From: an uncultured SAR86 cluster bacterium
GTDB lineage: Bacteria; Pseudomonadota; Gammaproteobacteria; Magnimaribacterales; D2472
Length of the DNA: 64,000 nucleotides
Assembly: GCA_902605165.1 (NCBI GenBank)
Contig: CACLBJ010000004.1
Coordinates: forward strand, 33,874 to 97,873
Direction of reading: 5' to 3'
Part shown: one piece after another, positions 1 to 8,765 of the stretch
Layout: each line of letters opens with the position of its first letter
How positions within the stretch are numbered: the stretch's first letter is position 1
The notes under the pieces: generated by a model
Seen by the model: only the letters and a program-made list of their open reading frames with translations
Told to the model about the DNA's origin: nothing
Database searches by the model: none
Made by a program: the position numbers and the translations under genes

Positions 1-410
1 CCAAGCTCAGAAATTTTATGAAGTATAGATCTTGCTAGGAAAAGCCCTTTATTAGCATCAAAAGTATTGTCCATATCAGGATCATTTATAAGACCTTTCC
101 AGCCAATGCTTGTTCTTGGTTTCTCAAAGTAGACTCTCATAATCAAAAGAATATCTTCTTCATACTTTTGCTTCTCATCAATTAAAAGTTTTGCATATTC
201 TTCAGCAGAATTTGGATCATGAATTGAACAGGGACCAACTACTGCTATCAATCTGTCATCTTTACCATGTAGTATCTGACTTACCTCATTTCTAGTTCCA
301 TATACCAGTTTAGATATCTCATCAGTAAGGGGATATTTTGAGATCACATCATCAGGAGTAACTAAATCTACCTTGTTAATGATTCGGGTATTGTCTGTTG
401 AGTAATTCAT
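1..410 (-). CDS. aroG: Class I DAHP synthase (partial, runs off window start)
   Basis: Manual translation from ATG at 410: MNYSTDNTRI...VVGPCSIHDP...MRVYFEKPRTSIGWKGLINDP. These are the class I-alpha DAHP synthase motifs. Absent from the ORF track because it is truncated. The isoenzyme type (aroF/G/H) is not resolved. Confidence 0.92.
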   Translation of the reverse strand, partial: MNYSTDNTRIINKVDLVTPDDVISKYPLTDEISKLVYGTRNEVSQILHGKDDRLIAVVGPCSIHDPNSAEEYAKLLIDEKQKYEEDILLIMRVYFEKPRTSIGWKGLINDPDMDNTFDANKGLFLARSILHKISEL

Positions 411-585
411 TTTTTTGATCACTATTTAAATTAAGTTTACAAATATAACTATGATGCAAATCAATTGAAAGCTTAATATTAAATATTTAGATTTTTTTTA
501 TTGCAGTGCAATCAAATCATAAAAACTGTTATTTTGTCTAAACACAATATATTGTATTTAAGACTTTCCACAATTACACTATGTA

Positions 586-1395
586 GTGTTTATGAGCACT
601 TTCCAACCAAAACAGAGAGAATTAGGCATTGTTAACGGCGTTCCACTTCCAGAAATGCCAGAGGATCTTTTTATTCCTCCACAAGCTTTGGAGATTTGCC
701 TAGAAACTTTTACTGGCCCAATGGACTTATTGTTATACCTTATAAAGAAACAAAACATAAACATTCTTGATCTTGAAGTATCTAAGATTACAGATCAATA
801 CATAGATTACATAAACCTTATGGAGTCTTTAGACTTTGAGCTAGCCGCAGAATATTTGGTTATGGCGGCTACATTAGCTGAAATTAAATCTAGAATGCTT
901 CTGCCAAAAGTTAAAGAAGAAGATGACGAAGCTGACCCAAGGCTCGATTTAATAAGAAGACTTCAAGAGTACCAAGTTTTCAAAACTGTTTCAGAAGAGC
1001 TTGCAAATATTGATAGAGTAAATAGAGACTTTTACTTAGCAAGTGTAGGTATGCCTAAAGTTGAAAAAAAGACAAATGTAATTGACTTTAATTTAGCAAG
1101 GCTCAAATCAAGCATGGTTGAAGTTTTATCAAGACCAAAACTAGATAAAAGCCACCAAATAGCTTTTGAGGAGCTTTCAACGCAGGATAGAATTCAGTTT
1201 ATATTATCAATTCTTTCAAAAAAGAATTTAATTGGTTTTTATAAGACCCTCCAGAAATCAGAAGGCAAAATAGGTGTAGTGGTTTCATTCTTAGCTTCAC
1301 TTGAGCTCGCCAAAGATGGATGTGTAGACTTAATCCAAAATAACAATGAAGAAATTTATATCAAATCAAAAGTACTTAACGCAGTAAATGAATAA
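586..1395 (+). CDS. scpA: Segregation and condensation protein A (kleisin)
   Basis: LETFTGPMDLLLYLIKK and AAEYLVMAATLAEIKSRMLLP motifs, followed by scpB. The true start may be ATG 592. Confidence 0.95.
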   Translation: MFMSTFQPKQRELGIVNGVPLPEMPEDLFIPPQALEICLETFTGPMDLLLYLIKKQNINILDLEVSKITDQYIDYINLMESLDFELAAEYLVMAATLAEIKSRMLLPKVKEEDDEADPRLDLIRRLQEYQVFKTVSEELANIDRVNRDFYLASVGMPKVEKKTNVIDFNLARLKSSMVEVLSRPKLDKSHQIAFEELSTQDRIQFILSILSKKNLIGFYKTLQKSEGKIGVVVSFLASLELAKDGCVDLIQNNNEEIYIKSKVLNAVNE

Positions 1396-1960
1396 GAATA
1401 TTGAAAATTTTATCGAATCTTTATTGTTTGCTTCAGGAAGACCATTGCGATTATCTGAAATTAGGTCAATGCTTGAAAATGAAGGTATAAAAGTTGATTT
1501 AGCTGAAATAAAAGTCGGATTAAATAATCTTGAAGAAAGATATGCAGAATCTTCCATAGAGTTATCTGAAGTCGCCTCAGGCTTTAGGTTACAGATTAAA
1601 AAAGATTTTACTCATCTTTTATCTTCATTGTGGACAGAGAACAACAGATTATCTAAATCTTTGATGGAAACTATATCAATAATAGCCTACAAGCAGCCTG
1701 TAACTCGGGGTGAAATTGAAGAAATAAGAGGAGTCCAGGTTAGTACAAATATTATAAGAAATTTGCTTGAAAGAGATTGGGTAAAAATTTCAGGATATAA
1801 AGAAACACCTGGAAGACCAGCATTGCTGGTAACTACAAAAACTTTTTTGAATGATCTTAATATTAAGAAAATCTCAGACTTGCCAACATTGCCTGAAAAA
1901 GAAGAAATATCTCCAGAAGAAATCACTGATAATGCAGAGATTAATCTAGAGGCTGGTTAA
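1388..1960 (+). CDS. scpB: SMC-Scp complex subunit ScpB
   Basis: IESLLFASG, ETISIIAYKQPVTRGEIEEIRGV and ETPGRP motifs. Confidence 0.95.
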   Translation: MNKNIENFIESLLFASGRPLRLSEIRSMLENEGIKVDLAEIKVGLNNLEERYAESSIELSEVASGFRLQIKKDFTHLLSSLWTENNRLSKSLMETISIIAYKQPVTRGEIEEIRGVQVSTNIIRNLLERDWVKISGYKETPGRPALLVTTKTFLNDLNIKKISDLPTLPEKEEISPEEITDNAEINLEAG

Positions 1961-1966
1961 TCACTT

Positions 1967-2695
1967 ATGAAAAAAACCCGGTTGCAAAAAATACTTGCAA
2001 GAGCAGGCTATGGTTCAAGAAGAGGATGTGAAGAGATTATTAGCTCAGGAAAAGTTACTGTGAACGGCGAGATAGCAAAACTTGGTTGCTTGGTGAACTC
2101 TGATGATGAAATTAGGATAGACAGTAAAAAAGTTGAATTTATAGATGTTCAAACTCGACTGTTTGTTCTGAATAAACCAACGGGAGTTATTTGTTCTAAA
2201 AAGACTGAGGGTAATTTGAAATCGATATACGATTTACTTCCCAATATTGATAATGAAAAAAACTTAATTACAGTGGGTAGATTAGACGCAAACTCATCGG
2301 GCTTAATTTTCTTCACCAATGATGGAAAGCTTTCTGAATTTATTTCTCATCCAAGTAATTTATTTGATAGAGAGTATCTTGTCAGGGCGCGAGGTCGCTT
2401 TGATGAAGAGATCAAAGAAAATATGTTAAGAGGAATAAAGATAGACAATCAGCTACTACGATTAAGCGATATTATTGTTGGGGATAAAACAAACTCAAAT
2501 AGATGGTATACAGTTTGTCTGCTAACAGGCCGTAACAGAGAAATACGAAAAATATTTGAATCTCAAGGGCTGCAAGTGAGCAGACTTAAGAGAGTTAGAT
2601 TTGGACCAATCTTTCTTCCAAAAGGATTAAAAGAAGGGGGCTGGGCAGAGTTAAAATCCAAAGATTTAGAAAAAATGTATTCCTATGGAAAGTGA
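1967..2695 (+). CDS. rluB: 23S rRNA pseudouridine synthase (RluB/RsuA family)
   Basis: S4 domain RLQKILARAGYGSRR, catalytic GRLD, GRNREIR. scpAB-rluB synteny. Confidence 0.88.
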   Translation: MKKTRLQKILARAGYGSRRGCEEIISSGKVTVNGEIAKLGCLVNSDDEIRIDSKKVEFIDVQTRLFVLNKPTGVICSKKTEGNLKSIYDLLPNIDNEKNLITVGRLDANSSGLIFFTNDGKLSEFISHPSNLFDREYLVRARGRFDEEIKENMLRGIKIDNQLLRLSDIIVGDKTNSNRWYTVCLLTGRNREIRKIFESQGLQVSRLKRVRFGPIFLPKGLKEGGWAELKSKDLEKMYSYGK

Positions 2696-3296
2696 TCAGG
2701 CTTACAAAACTCTTCTTATATTAACTAAGAAATACAAATTTGATGAGCTTCATAGGCACATAAGAAATATTGGCCCGCTTAAAATAAAGCTTTCGAAACT
2801 CAAATTTGATCATCATTTATGCAAGATAATCGTTGGACAACAAATCTCTACAAAGGCCGCAGATGCAATATGGGCAAGAGTTGCAAAAATTTTAGAGGGT
2901 AAGCTACCCAAGAACCCAACACAAAATCTTCAAAAAAGATTGAAGGGTGCAGGTCTCTCAGCTAGGAAAGCAGACTACATGATTGGCATTATCTACAATG
3001 AAGAAATTACAAGCTCTAACAGAAGAAAATTAAAGACTAAATCAGCCGAGGATTTTTCAAATCTTCTCCTATCTATTAAGGGAATTGGTAAATGGACCGT
3101 GGATATGTCAAGGATATTTTATTTAGGAGATTCAGATGTAATGCCATTAACGGATCTAGGTATTATATATGCACATAAAATTGCATTTCCTAAAGAAAAA
3201 ATTGAGGAAAAATTTTATAAACAATTCAGTCCATATAATTCCTATCTAAGCTTATTTATGTGGCGTCTTTTGGAAGATGAAAATCTGAGTATTTAA
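2685..3296 (+). CDS. DNA-3-methyladenine glycosylase, HhH-GPD (AlkA-like)
   Basis: IVGQQISTKAA, GLSARKADY, and HhH LLSIKGIGKWT followed by DLGI. Confidence 0.85.
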   Translation: MESDQAYKTLLILTKKYKFDELHRHIRNIGPLKIKLSKLKFDHHLCKIIVGQQISTKAADAIWARVAKILEGKLPKNPTQNLQKRLKGAGLSARKADYMIGIIYNEEITSSNRRKLKTKSAEDFSNLLLSIKGIGKWTVDMSRIFYLGDSDVMPLTDLGIIYAHKIAFPKEKIEEKFYKQFSPYNSYLSLFMWRLLEDENLSI

Positions 3297-4002
3297 AATG
3301 AACATTTTCAGATAGAGCACTTTTATCTGAAAAAAACCATTCAAAACAGTGAATTAAATCTTTAGGAGTTTTAATAGAATCCTGATCTTCAGAGGGCCTT
3401 GCTGCAAAACGCATTTTTGTTTTTGTTGCTCCAGGATCAAAACTAAAAACTTTTATATTTTTATTCACCTCAGTCTCTTCGCTTAGGATCTCAGCTAAAC
3501 CCCTTTGTGCAAATTTTGATACGGAATATGCACCCCAGAATGCCTTTCCAATATTTGAAACACTTGAAGAAACAAAAATAATCCTTGCTTCATTAGAAGA
3601 AGATACTAACTGTAATAAATGCTTTGTGATTAAAAATGAAGAGGTCAGATTAACCTGTAAAACATCATCCCAAGTTTTAGATTGATAATCTTCAATCCTT
3701 GTAAGATTCCCTAAAATAGCTGCATTATGAATTAAACCCTCAATATTCTCATAATATTTCTTTATCTCATCTGAGATATGGATTGCACCTTTCTCATCTA
3801 ACTCTCTTAGATCAGATTTTATAATTAAGTTTTTCCCATCATGTGTTGAAATCTCATCATAGAGTTCATCAAGCTTATCTTCATCTTTTCCAAGCATAAT
3901 TATATTGGCACCTTTCGATGAAAATGATTTCACGAGCTCAAGACCAATACCACTTGTTGCTCCGGTAATCATAATATTCTTTCCCTTAACAAATTCAGAC
4001 AT
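3256..4002 (-). CDS. yciK: Short-chain dehydrogenase, YciK family
   Basis: TGATSGIG, HNAAILG, YxxxK (YSVSK), DPGATKTKMR. Conserved ubiG-gph-yciK order. Confidence 0.82.
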   Translation of the reverse strand: MSEFVKGKNIMITGATSGIGLELVKSFSSKGANIIMLGKDEDKLDELYDEISTHDGKNLIIKSDLRELDEKGAIHISDEIKKYYENIEGLIHNAAILGNLTRIEDYQSKTWDDVLQVNLTSSFLITKHLLQLVSSSNEARIIFVSSSVSNIGKAFWGAYSVSKFAQRGLAEILSEETEVNKNIKVFSFDPGATKTKMRFAARPSEDQDSIKTPKDLIHCFEWFFSDKSALSENVHFKYSDFHLPKDAT

Positions 4003-4663
4003 TTCTTTTTATAAAATCTAAGATTTGTGCTGGTGATTCAAAGCTCACTGCACCATCAACAACCAATCCTTTCTTAAATCCATAGCCAAAAGTGCATACA
4101 CCCGAAATTGTACCTGCAGCCAATGAAGCATTTAAATCATTATCATGATCTCCAATATAAATACATTTTGAATTTGGGACTCCAAGAATATTACATGCAT
4201 GATTAATTCCTTCCGGATTAGGCTTTGATTTAAAACCATCATCGCAACAAATAACTACTTTAGACTGTCTGAGTAAGCTTGATTTTTTAAGAATAATTTC
4301 AGTATATTTTCTTGGCTTATTAGTCACTATTCCATATGGAATTTTTTTATCTAATAAAAAGTTTAGTAAGTCAGACACTCCAAGAAATAAGTTCCCATAC
4401 ATTAAAATATTCTTCTCATATTCGTTTAAGAAGTTTCTTTTGTAATCATCAAAATTTTTATCATCTTTATCTATATTAAAGACAAGTTTAAGAAGTTTTG
4501 AGCTTCCATCAGACACATTTTCTCTAACAATACTCTCATCAATTTTTTTTGATGAACTTTTAATATTTACGTTTTCCAGAGATGCTAAAAAGTCAGGGAA
4601 AGAATCAAGCAAAGTGCCATCTAGATCAAATAATACTGCTTCTATTTTACTCATTGACTCCAT
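3995..4663 (-). CDS. gph: HAD phosphatase (phosphoglycolate phosphatase / MupP-like)
   Basis: FDLDGTLLDS, VTNKP, KPNPEG and YIGDHDND motifs, located downstream of ubiG. Confidence 0.8.
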   Translation of the reverse strand: MESMSKIEAVLFDLDGTLLDSFPDFLASLENVNIKSSSKKIDESIVRENVSDGSSKLLKLVFNIDKDDKNFDDYKRNFLNEYEKNILMYGNLFLGVSDLLNFLLDKKIPYGIVTNKPRKYTEIILKKSSLLRQSKVVICCDDGFKSKPNPEGINHACNILGVPNSKCIYIGDHDNDLNASLAAGTISGVCTFGYGFKKGLVVDGAVSFESPAQILDFIKRNV

Positions 4664-5345
4664 ACATCATGTAATTAACTCCCAAATCATTGTTTAGGCT
4701 TACATGATGCGTAACAGGATTATAGAACATGCCTTTGGCTTCTATAAGTCTTACTGAAGCATTTTCCATATATTCACCAAGCTCAGATGGTTTTATAAAT
4801 TTCTCAAATTCATGAGTTCCTTTTGGGAGAATATTAAAAATATACTCAGCTCCCACAATTGCTGTTATCCATGATCTAGGATTTCTGTTTATCGTGGAAA
4901 GAAATAAAAGACCATCCTCTTTGAGCATTTTTGAACATGCTTCAACCAAAGAGGCTGGACTTGGAACATGTTCTAAAACTTCTAAACAAGTAACCACGTC
5001 ATAGTGACCCTCTTTTTTAATGCAAAAATCTTCAGCTTGAGCTGTTGCATAATTAATTTGCTTATCCTCTCTTTTTGCATGAATCTTAGCAACCTCAATG
5101 CCAGGACCAGCAGCATCGATTCCGTCGACCTCTGCACCCATGTCATAAAGTGCTTCGGCCAACAAACCACCACCACATCCAACATCTAAAACCTTTTTCC
5201 CTTTTAAATCTATTTTGGAGGAAATATATTGAGATCGTACTGGATTTATATTGTGAAGAGGCTTGAATTCTCCAGAAGAATCCCACCATTTATCAGCAAG
5301 TTCAGCAAACTTGTTTACTTCATTTTGATCTATATTTTTATCCAT
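4647..5345 (-). CDS. ubiG: Ubiquinone biosynthesis O-methyltransferase
   Basis: WWDSSGEFKPLHNINPVR, VLDVGCGGG and CLEVLEHVP motifs. Likely start is ATG at 5345 (MDKNIDQNEV); the ORF track extends to 5399. Confidence 0.95.
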   Translation of the reverse strand: MDKNIDQNEVNKFAELADKWWDSSGEFKPLHNINPVRSQYISSKIDLKGKKVLDVGCGGGLLAEALYDMGAEVDGIDAAGPGIEVAKIHAKREDKQINYATAQAEDFCIKKEGHYDVVTCLEVLEHVPSPASLVEACSKMLKEDGLLFLSTINRNPRSWITAIVGAEYIFNILPKGTHEFEKFIKPSELGEYMENASVRLIEAKGMFYNPVTHHVSLNNDLGVNYMMYGVNE

Positions 5346-5449
5346 TTCTAAAAAACTAAAAACTAATTTTATTAAGACTAATATTGAGTTTATAATCAAA
5401 ACACATTATTTTTGTTAATAATATCAAAAAGATAAAAAAAGAGTTCAAA

Positions 5450-6568
5450 TTGATCATTTCAGCCATAAAATCAAAAGATGCATCAGACAAAAGATCTGTT
5501 TTACATCCTGAAACTATTAAAAATCTAATTTCAAAAGGAATAGAAATTATTTTTGAGAGTGGTATTGGTGGTGGAATACATGCAGATGATAAGAATTTTA
5601 TAGATTTAGGAGCAAAATCAGTAAGTAGGGAAACCTGCTTTTCCGATGCTGAAATAATTTTAACTCCAGGCCCAATTGATGATCATGAAGTAAGACTAAT
5701 TGCTGGTGGTAAGACTTTAATGGGAATGGTGAACCCATTTGATAATCAAGAACTGTTGAAAAGTTTGTGCGATTCAAATGTAAATTTAGTATCAATGGAG
5801 TTTGTACCAAGAATTACGCGTGCTCAGAAAATGGATGTTCTCAGTTCCCAAGCAAACTTAGCTGGTTATGTTGCTGTAATAGAGTCATCATCTTTATTAT
5901 CAAGCGCAATGCCAATGATGATGACAGCTGCAGGAACTCTTAAACCTGCAAGAGTCTTTGTTATTGGAGTTGGTGTAGCTGGACTCCAAGCAATAGCTAC
6001 AGCAAAAAGACTTGGAGCAAGAGTAGAGGCATTTGATACAAGAGATGTTGTAGAGGAACAGGTTCAGTCATTGGGAGCAAAGTTTGTAAAAATAGATTTA
6101 GGTGTGACAGGTGAGACTAGTCAAGGGTATGCAAAGGAATTGACTGATGAGCAGTTGGCCAAACAAAAAGAACTACAATCAAAAGTTTGTGAAAGATCAG
6201 ATATTGTTATAACCACTGCTCAACTTTTTGGAAGGCCTGCTCCACGAATAATTGATAATACCACCATAAAAAAAATGAAAAGAGGAAGTGTAATTTTAGA
6301 TATGGCTGTTGAGTCTGGTGGAAACGTTGAAGGTTCGAAGGTTGATGAGATTGTCGAGGTTGATGGAGTAAAGATTGTTGGAATATCTAACCTTGCATCA
6401 AAAGTTGCTGGACATGCATCCTATGCTTTATCAAATAACTTTAATAACTGGCTTTTAGAATTTTATGATCAGGAAAGCAAAAAAATTAGATTTGATTTTG
6501 AAGATGAAATCATTTCTAACAGTGTTTTAGTTTTTGATGGTGAAGTGAAAAATGAGAGGTTTAAGTAA
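5450..6568 (+). CDS. pntAA: NAD(P) transhydrogenase alpha subunit part 1 (dI)
   Basis: PRITRAQKMDVLSSQANLAGY, MMTAAG, GVGVAGLQAIATAKRLGA. TTG start. Confidence 0.95.
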   Translation: MIISAIKSKDASDKRSVLHPETIKNLISKGIEIIFESGIGGGIHADDKNFIDLGAKSVSRETCFSDAEIILTPGPIDDHEVRLIAGGKTLMGMVNPFDNQELLKSLCDSNVNLVSMEFVPRITRAQKMDVLSSQANLAGYVAVIESSSLLSSAMPMMMTAAGTLKPARVFVIGVGVAGLQAIATAKRLGARVEAFDTRDVVEEQVQSLGAKFVKIDLGVTGETSQGYAKELTDEQLAKQKELQSKVCERSDIVITTAQLFGRPAPRIIDNTTIKKMKRGSVILDMAVESGGNVEGSKVDEIVEVDGVKIVGISNLASKVAGHASYALSNNFNNWLLEFYDQESKKIRFDFEDEIISNSVLVFDGEVKNERFK

Positions 6569-6840
6569 TGGAAATATATATTTTGCTAGGATTTGTTCTT
6601 ATTCTTTCCATTTATCTTGGTCTTGAATTAATTTCAAAAGTTCCAAGCACTCTTCATACACCATTAATGTCTGGTGCTAATGCTATCTCAGGAATTGCGC
6701 TTGTTGGAGCATTGACCCTGACACAAGATACTTTTCTTCAAACAGTAATTGCATTTTTAGCTATTACTTTTGCATCGATTAATGTTTTTGGTGGCTACTT
6801 GGTCACTAATAGGATGCTGAGTATGTTCAAAAAGAAATAA
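6568..6840 (+). CDS. pntAB: NAD(P) transhydrogenase alpha subunit part 2 (membrane)
   Basis: VPSTLHTPLMSGANAISG and NVFGGYLVTNRML motifs. Confidence 0.95.
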   Translation: MEIYILLGFVLILSIYLGLELISKVPSTLHTPLMSGANAISGIALVGALTLTQDTFLQTVIAFLAITFASINVFGGYLVTNRMLSMFKKK

Positions 6841-6841
6841 T

Positions 6842-8224
6842 ATGGAAAATTTTGATATAACACTTGCTCAAAACATCGCTTACATACTTGCTGCGATATT
6901 GTTCATAACAGGTATCAAGATGCTTGGAAAAGAGGCAACAGCTCAAAGAGGTAACGTTATTTCGGCTATTGGTATGTTTGTAGCGATTATCGTTACAGCT
7001 ATTAATATTGTTAATCCCTTTGTTGTCCTGGGTGGAATTATGCTAGGAGCCTTTATTGGCTCAGTAATTGCAATCAGAGTTAAAATGACCTCTATTCCAG
7101 AGATGGTTGCTCTTTTCAACGGCTTTGGGGGATTAGCAACCTTCTTCATTGCTTGGTCCGAAATGAGCAATTCAAATGATAATCTTTTTCAATATCTTTT
7201 AGTAATACTAACAATTTATATTGGAGGAGTAACTTTCTCAGGTAGCTTGATTGCTTTTGGGAAGCTTTCAGAGAGGCTTAAAATTGGTAAAGGCCATTTG
7301 CTTACAAATTTATTTATTTCAATCTTCTATATATCTTTAATTTCAATATTAGCAATGCTTGTCTTGCCAATGATTGGAAGCTTGCCGTTAAATTTTGAAA
7401 CAATTTTTTATATATACCTTGCACTAGTGATGCTAGGAGGAGTAGGTTTTGTTCTTCCAATTGGAGGAGGAGACATGCCAGTTGTAATATCATTGCTTAA
7501 TTCTCTTTCTGGAATTGCTGCTGCATTCGCTGGCTTGATTCTTGTCAATAATGTTTTAATAGTTGCTGGCTCGCTAGTTGGTGCAAGTGGCTTAATCTTG
7601 ACCATTATCATGGCAAAAGCTATGAATAGAACCATAGGAAATATTTTATTTGTTGGATATGCTGCCTCTGGCACCTCTTCAAGCTCTGAGCAAGGCGAGG
7701 TTAAACCAATCAATGCCGAGGATGCTTTCTTGATTCTTGAAAATGCCTCATCAGTTTTAATAGTTCCCGGATATGGTATGGCAGTTGCTCAAGCACAACA
7801 CGTTGTCAGAGAGCTGGGCGAACTTCTTGATGAAAATGGTACTGATGTAAAGTATGGCATTCATCCAGTTGCTGGAAGGATGCCAGGTCATATGAACGTA
7901 CTGCTTGCTGAAGCTAATGTTTCATATGATCTCCTCGCCGAACCAGATGATGTAAATCCAATGATGGATACAGTGGATGTTGCAATCGTTATTGGAGCCA
8001 ATGATGTAGTTAATCCATCTGCAACTGAAGAGCCAGGAAGTCCAATTTATGGGATGCCAATCCTCGAAGTTGCAAATGCAAGAACAGTATTTGTTCTTAA
8101 GCGATCAATGTCTTCAGGATTTGCAGGTGTCCAGAATCCATTATTTTTTAAAGAAAATACAAGAATGCTTTTTGGTGACGCAAAAGAATCAATAAGCGGA
8201 CTTGTATCTGAATTTAAAGATTAA
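6842..8224 (+). CDS. pntB: NAD(P) transhydrogenase beta subunit
   Basis: IGGGDMPVVISLLNS, VPGYGMAVAQAQ, HPVAGRMPGHMNVLLAEA. Confidence 0.97.
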   Translation: MENFDITLAQNIAYILAAILFITGIKMLGKEATAQRGNVISAIGMFVAIIVTAINIVNPFVVLGGIMLGAFIGSVIAIRVKMTSIPEMVALFNGFGGLATFFIAWSEMSNSNDNLFQYLLVILTIYIGGVTFSGSLIAFGKLSERLKIGKGHLLTNLFISIFYISLISILAMLVLPMIGSLPLNFETIFYIYLALVMLGGVGFVLPIGGGDMPVVISLLNSLSGIAAAFAGLILVNNVLIVAGSLVGASGLILTIIMAKAMNRTIGNILFVGYAASGTSSSSEQGEVKPINAEDAFLILENASSVLIVPGYGMAVAQAQHVVRELGELLDENGTDVKYGIHPVAGRMPGHMNVLLAEANVSYDLLAEPDDVNPMMDTVDVAIVIGANDVVNPSATEEPGSPIYGMPILEVANARTVFVLKRSMSSGFAGVQNPLFFKENTRMLFGDAKESISGLVSEFKD

Positions 8225-8227
8225 AAA

Positions 8228-8671
8228 ATGAAAGTTGTCGTAGTAAGTGGTGGCTTTGATCCGATCCACTCAGGTCACATCATGTACCTACTGGAGGCAA
8301 AAAAATTTGGTGATAGATTAATTGTTGCTCTCAATAGCGACGAATGGCTTATCAAAAAAAAAGGTAAAGAATTTATGACTTTTGAAGAAAGAAAAATTAT
8401 TCTTGAAAATGTTATCTGTGTTGACCAAGTAATTGATTTTGAAGACGATGATTTAGGCAGCTGTATCAATGCTCTTAAATCAATAAAAAATATGTTCCCT
8501 AATGATGAAATTATTTTTGCTAATGGAGGTGACAGAAACAAGGAGAATATACCTGAAATGACTGAAGAAGGTATTCAATTCTTATTTGGAATTGGTGGAA
8601 ATTTTAAAAGAAACTCTTCATCATCAATTCTTGATGAATGGGTGGATTTTGCTCAAAAAAATAAAGGCTGA
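8228..8671 (+). CDS. Stand-alone HxGH cytidylyl/adenylyltransferase (TagD/RfaE-II-like)
   Basis: SGGFDPIHSGH, LIVALNSD, EER, FANGGDR and NSSS motifs. Substrate unknown. Confidence 0.8.
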   Translation: MKVVVVSGGFDPIHSGHIMYLLEAKKFGDRLIVALNSDEWLIKKKGKEFMTFEERKIILENVICVDQVIDFEDDDLGSCINALKSIKNMFPNDEIIFANGGDRNKENIPEMTEEGIQFLFGIGGNFKRNSSSSILDEWVDFAQKNKG

Positions 8672-8765
8672 ATCATTCATAAAATCAATAAAATAAAGCC
8701 TTATTCATGATAAAATATTAGCTTAATTTATAAGATAAAAACACATCATTTTTACAAAAAAATAA

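Noticed and set aside
424-441. TyrR box upstream of aroG
   Set aside because: TTTACA is present, but the left half-site matches only with 5-nt rather than 6-nt spacing in very AT-rich DNA.
6540-6600. pntA split as a frameshift or pseudogene
   Set aside because: The clean TAATG stop-start coupling falls at the natural dI/dII boundary, and three-gene pnt operons are well known.
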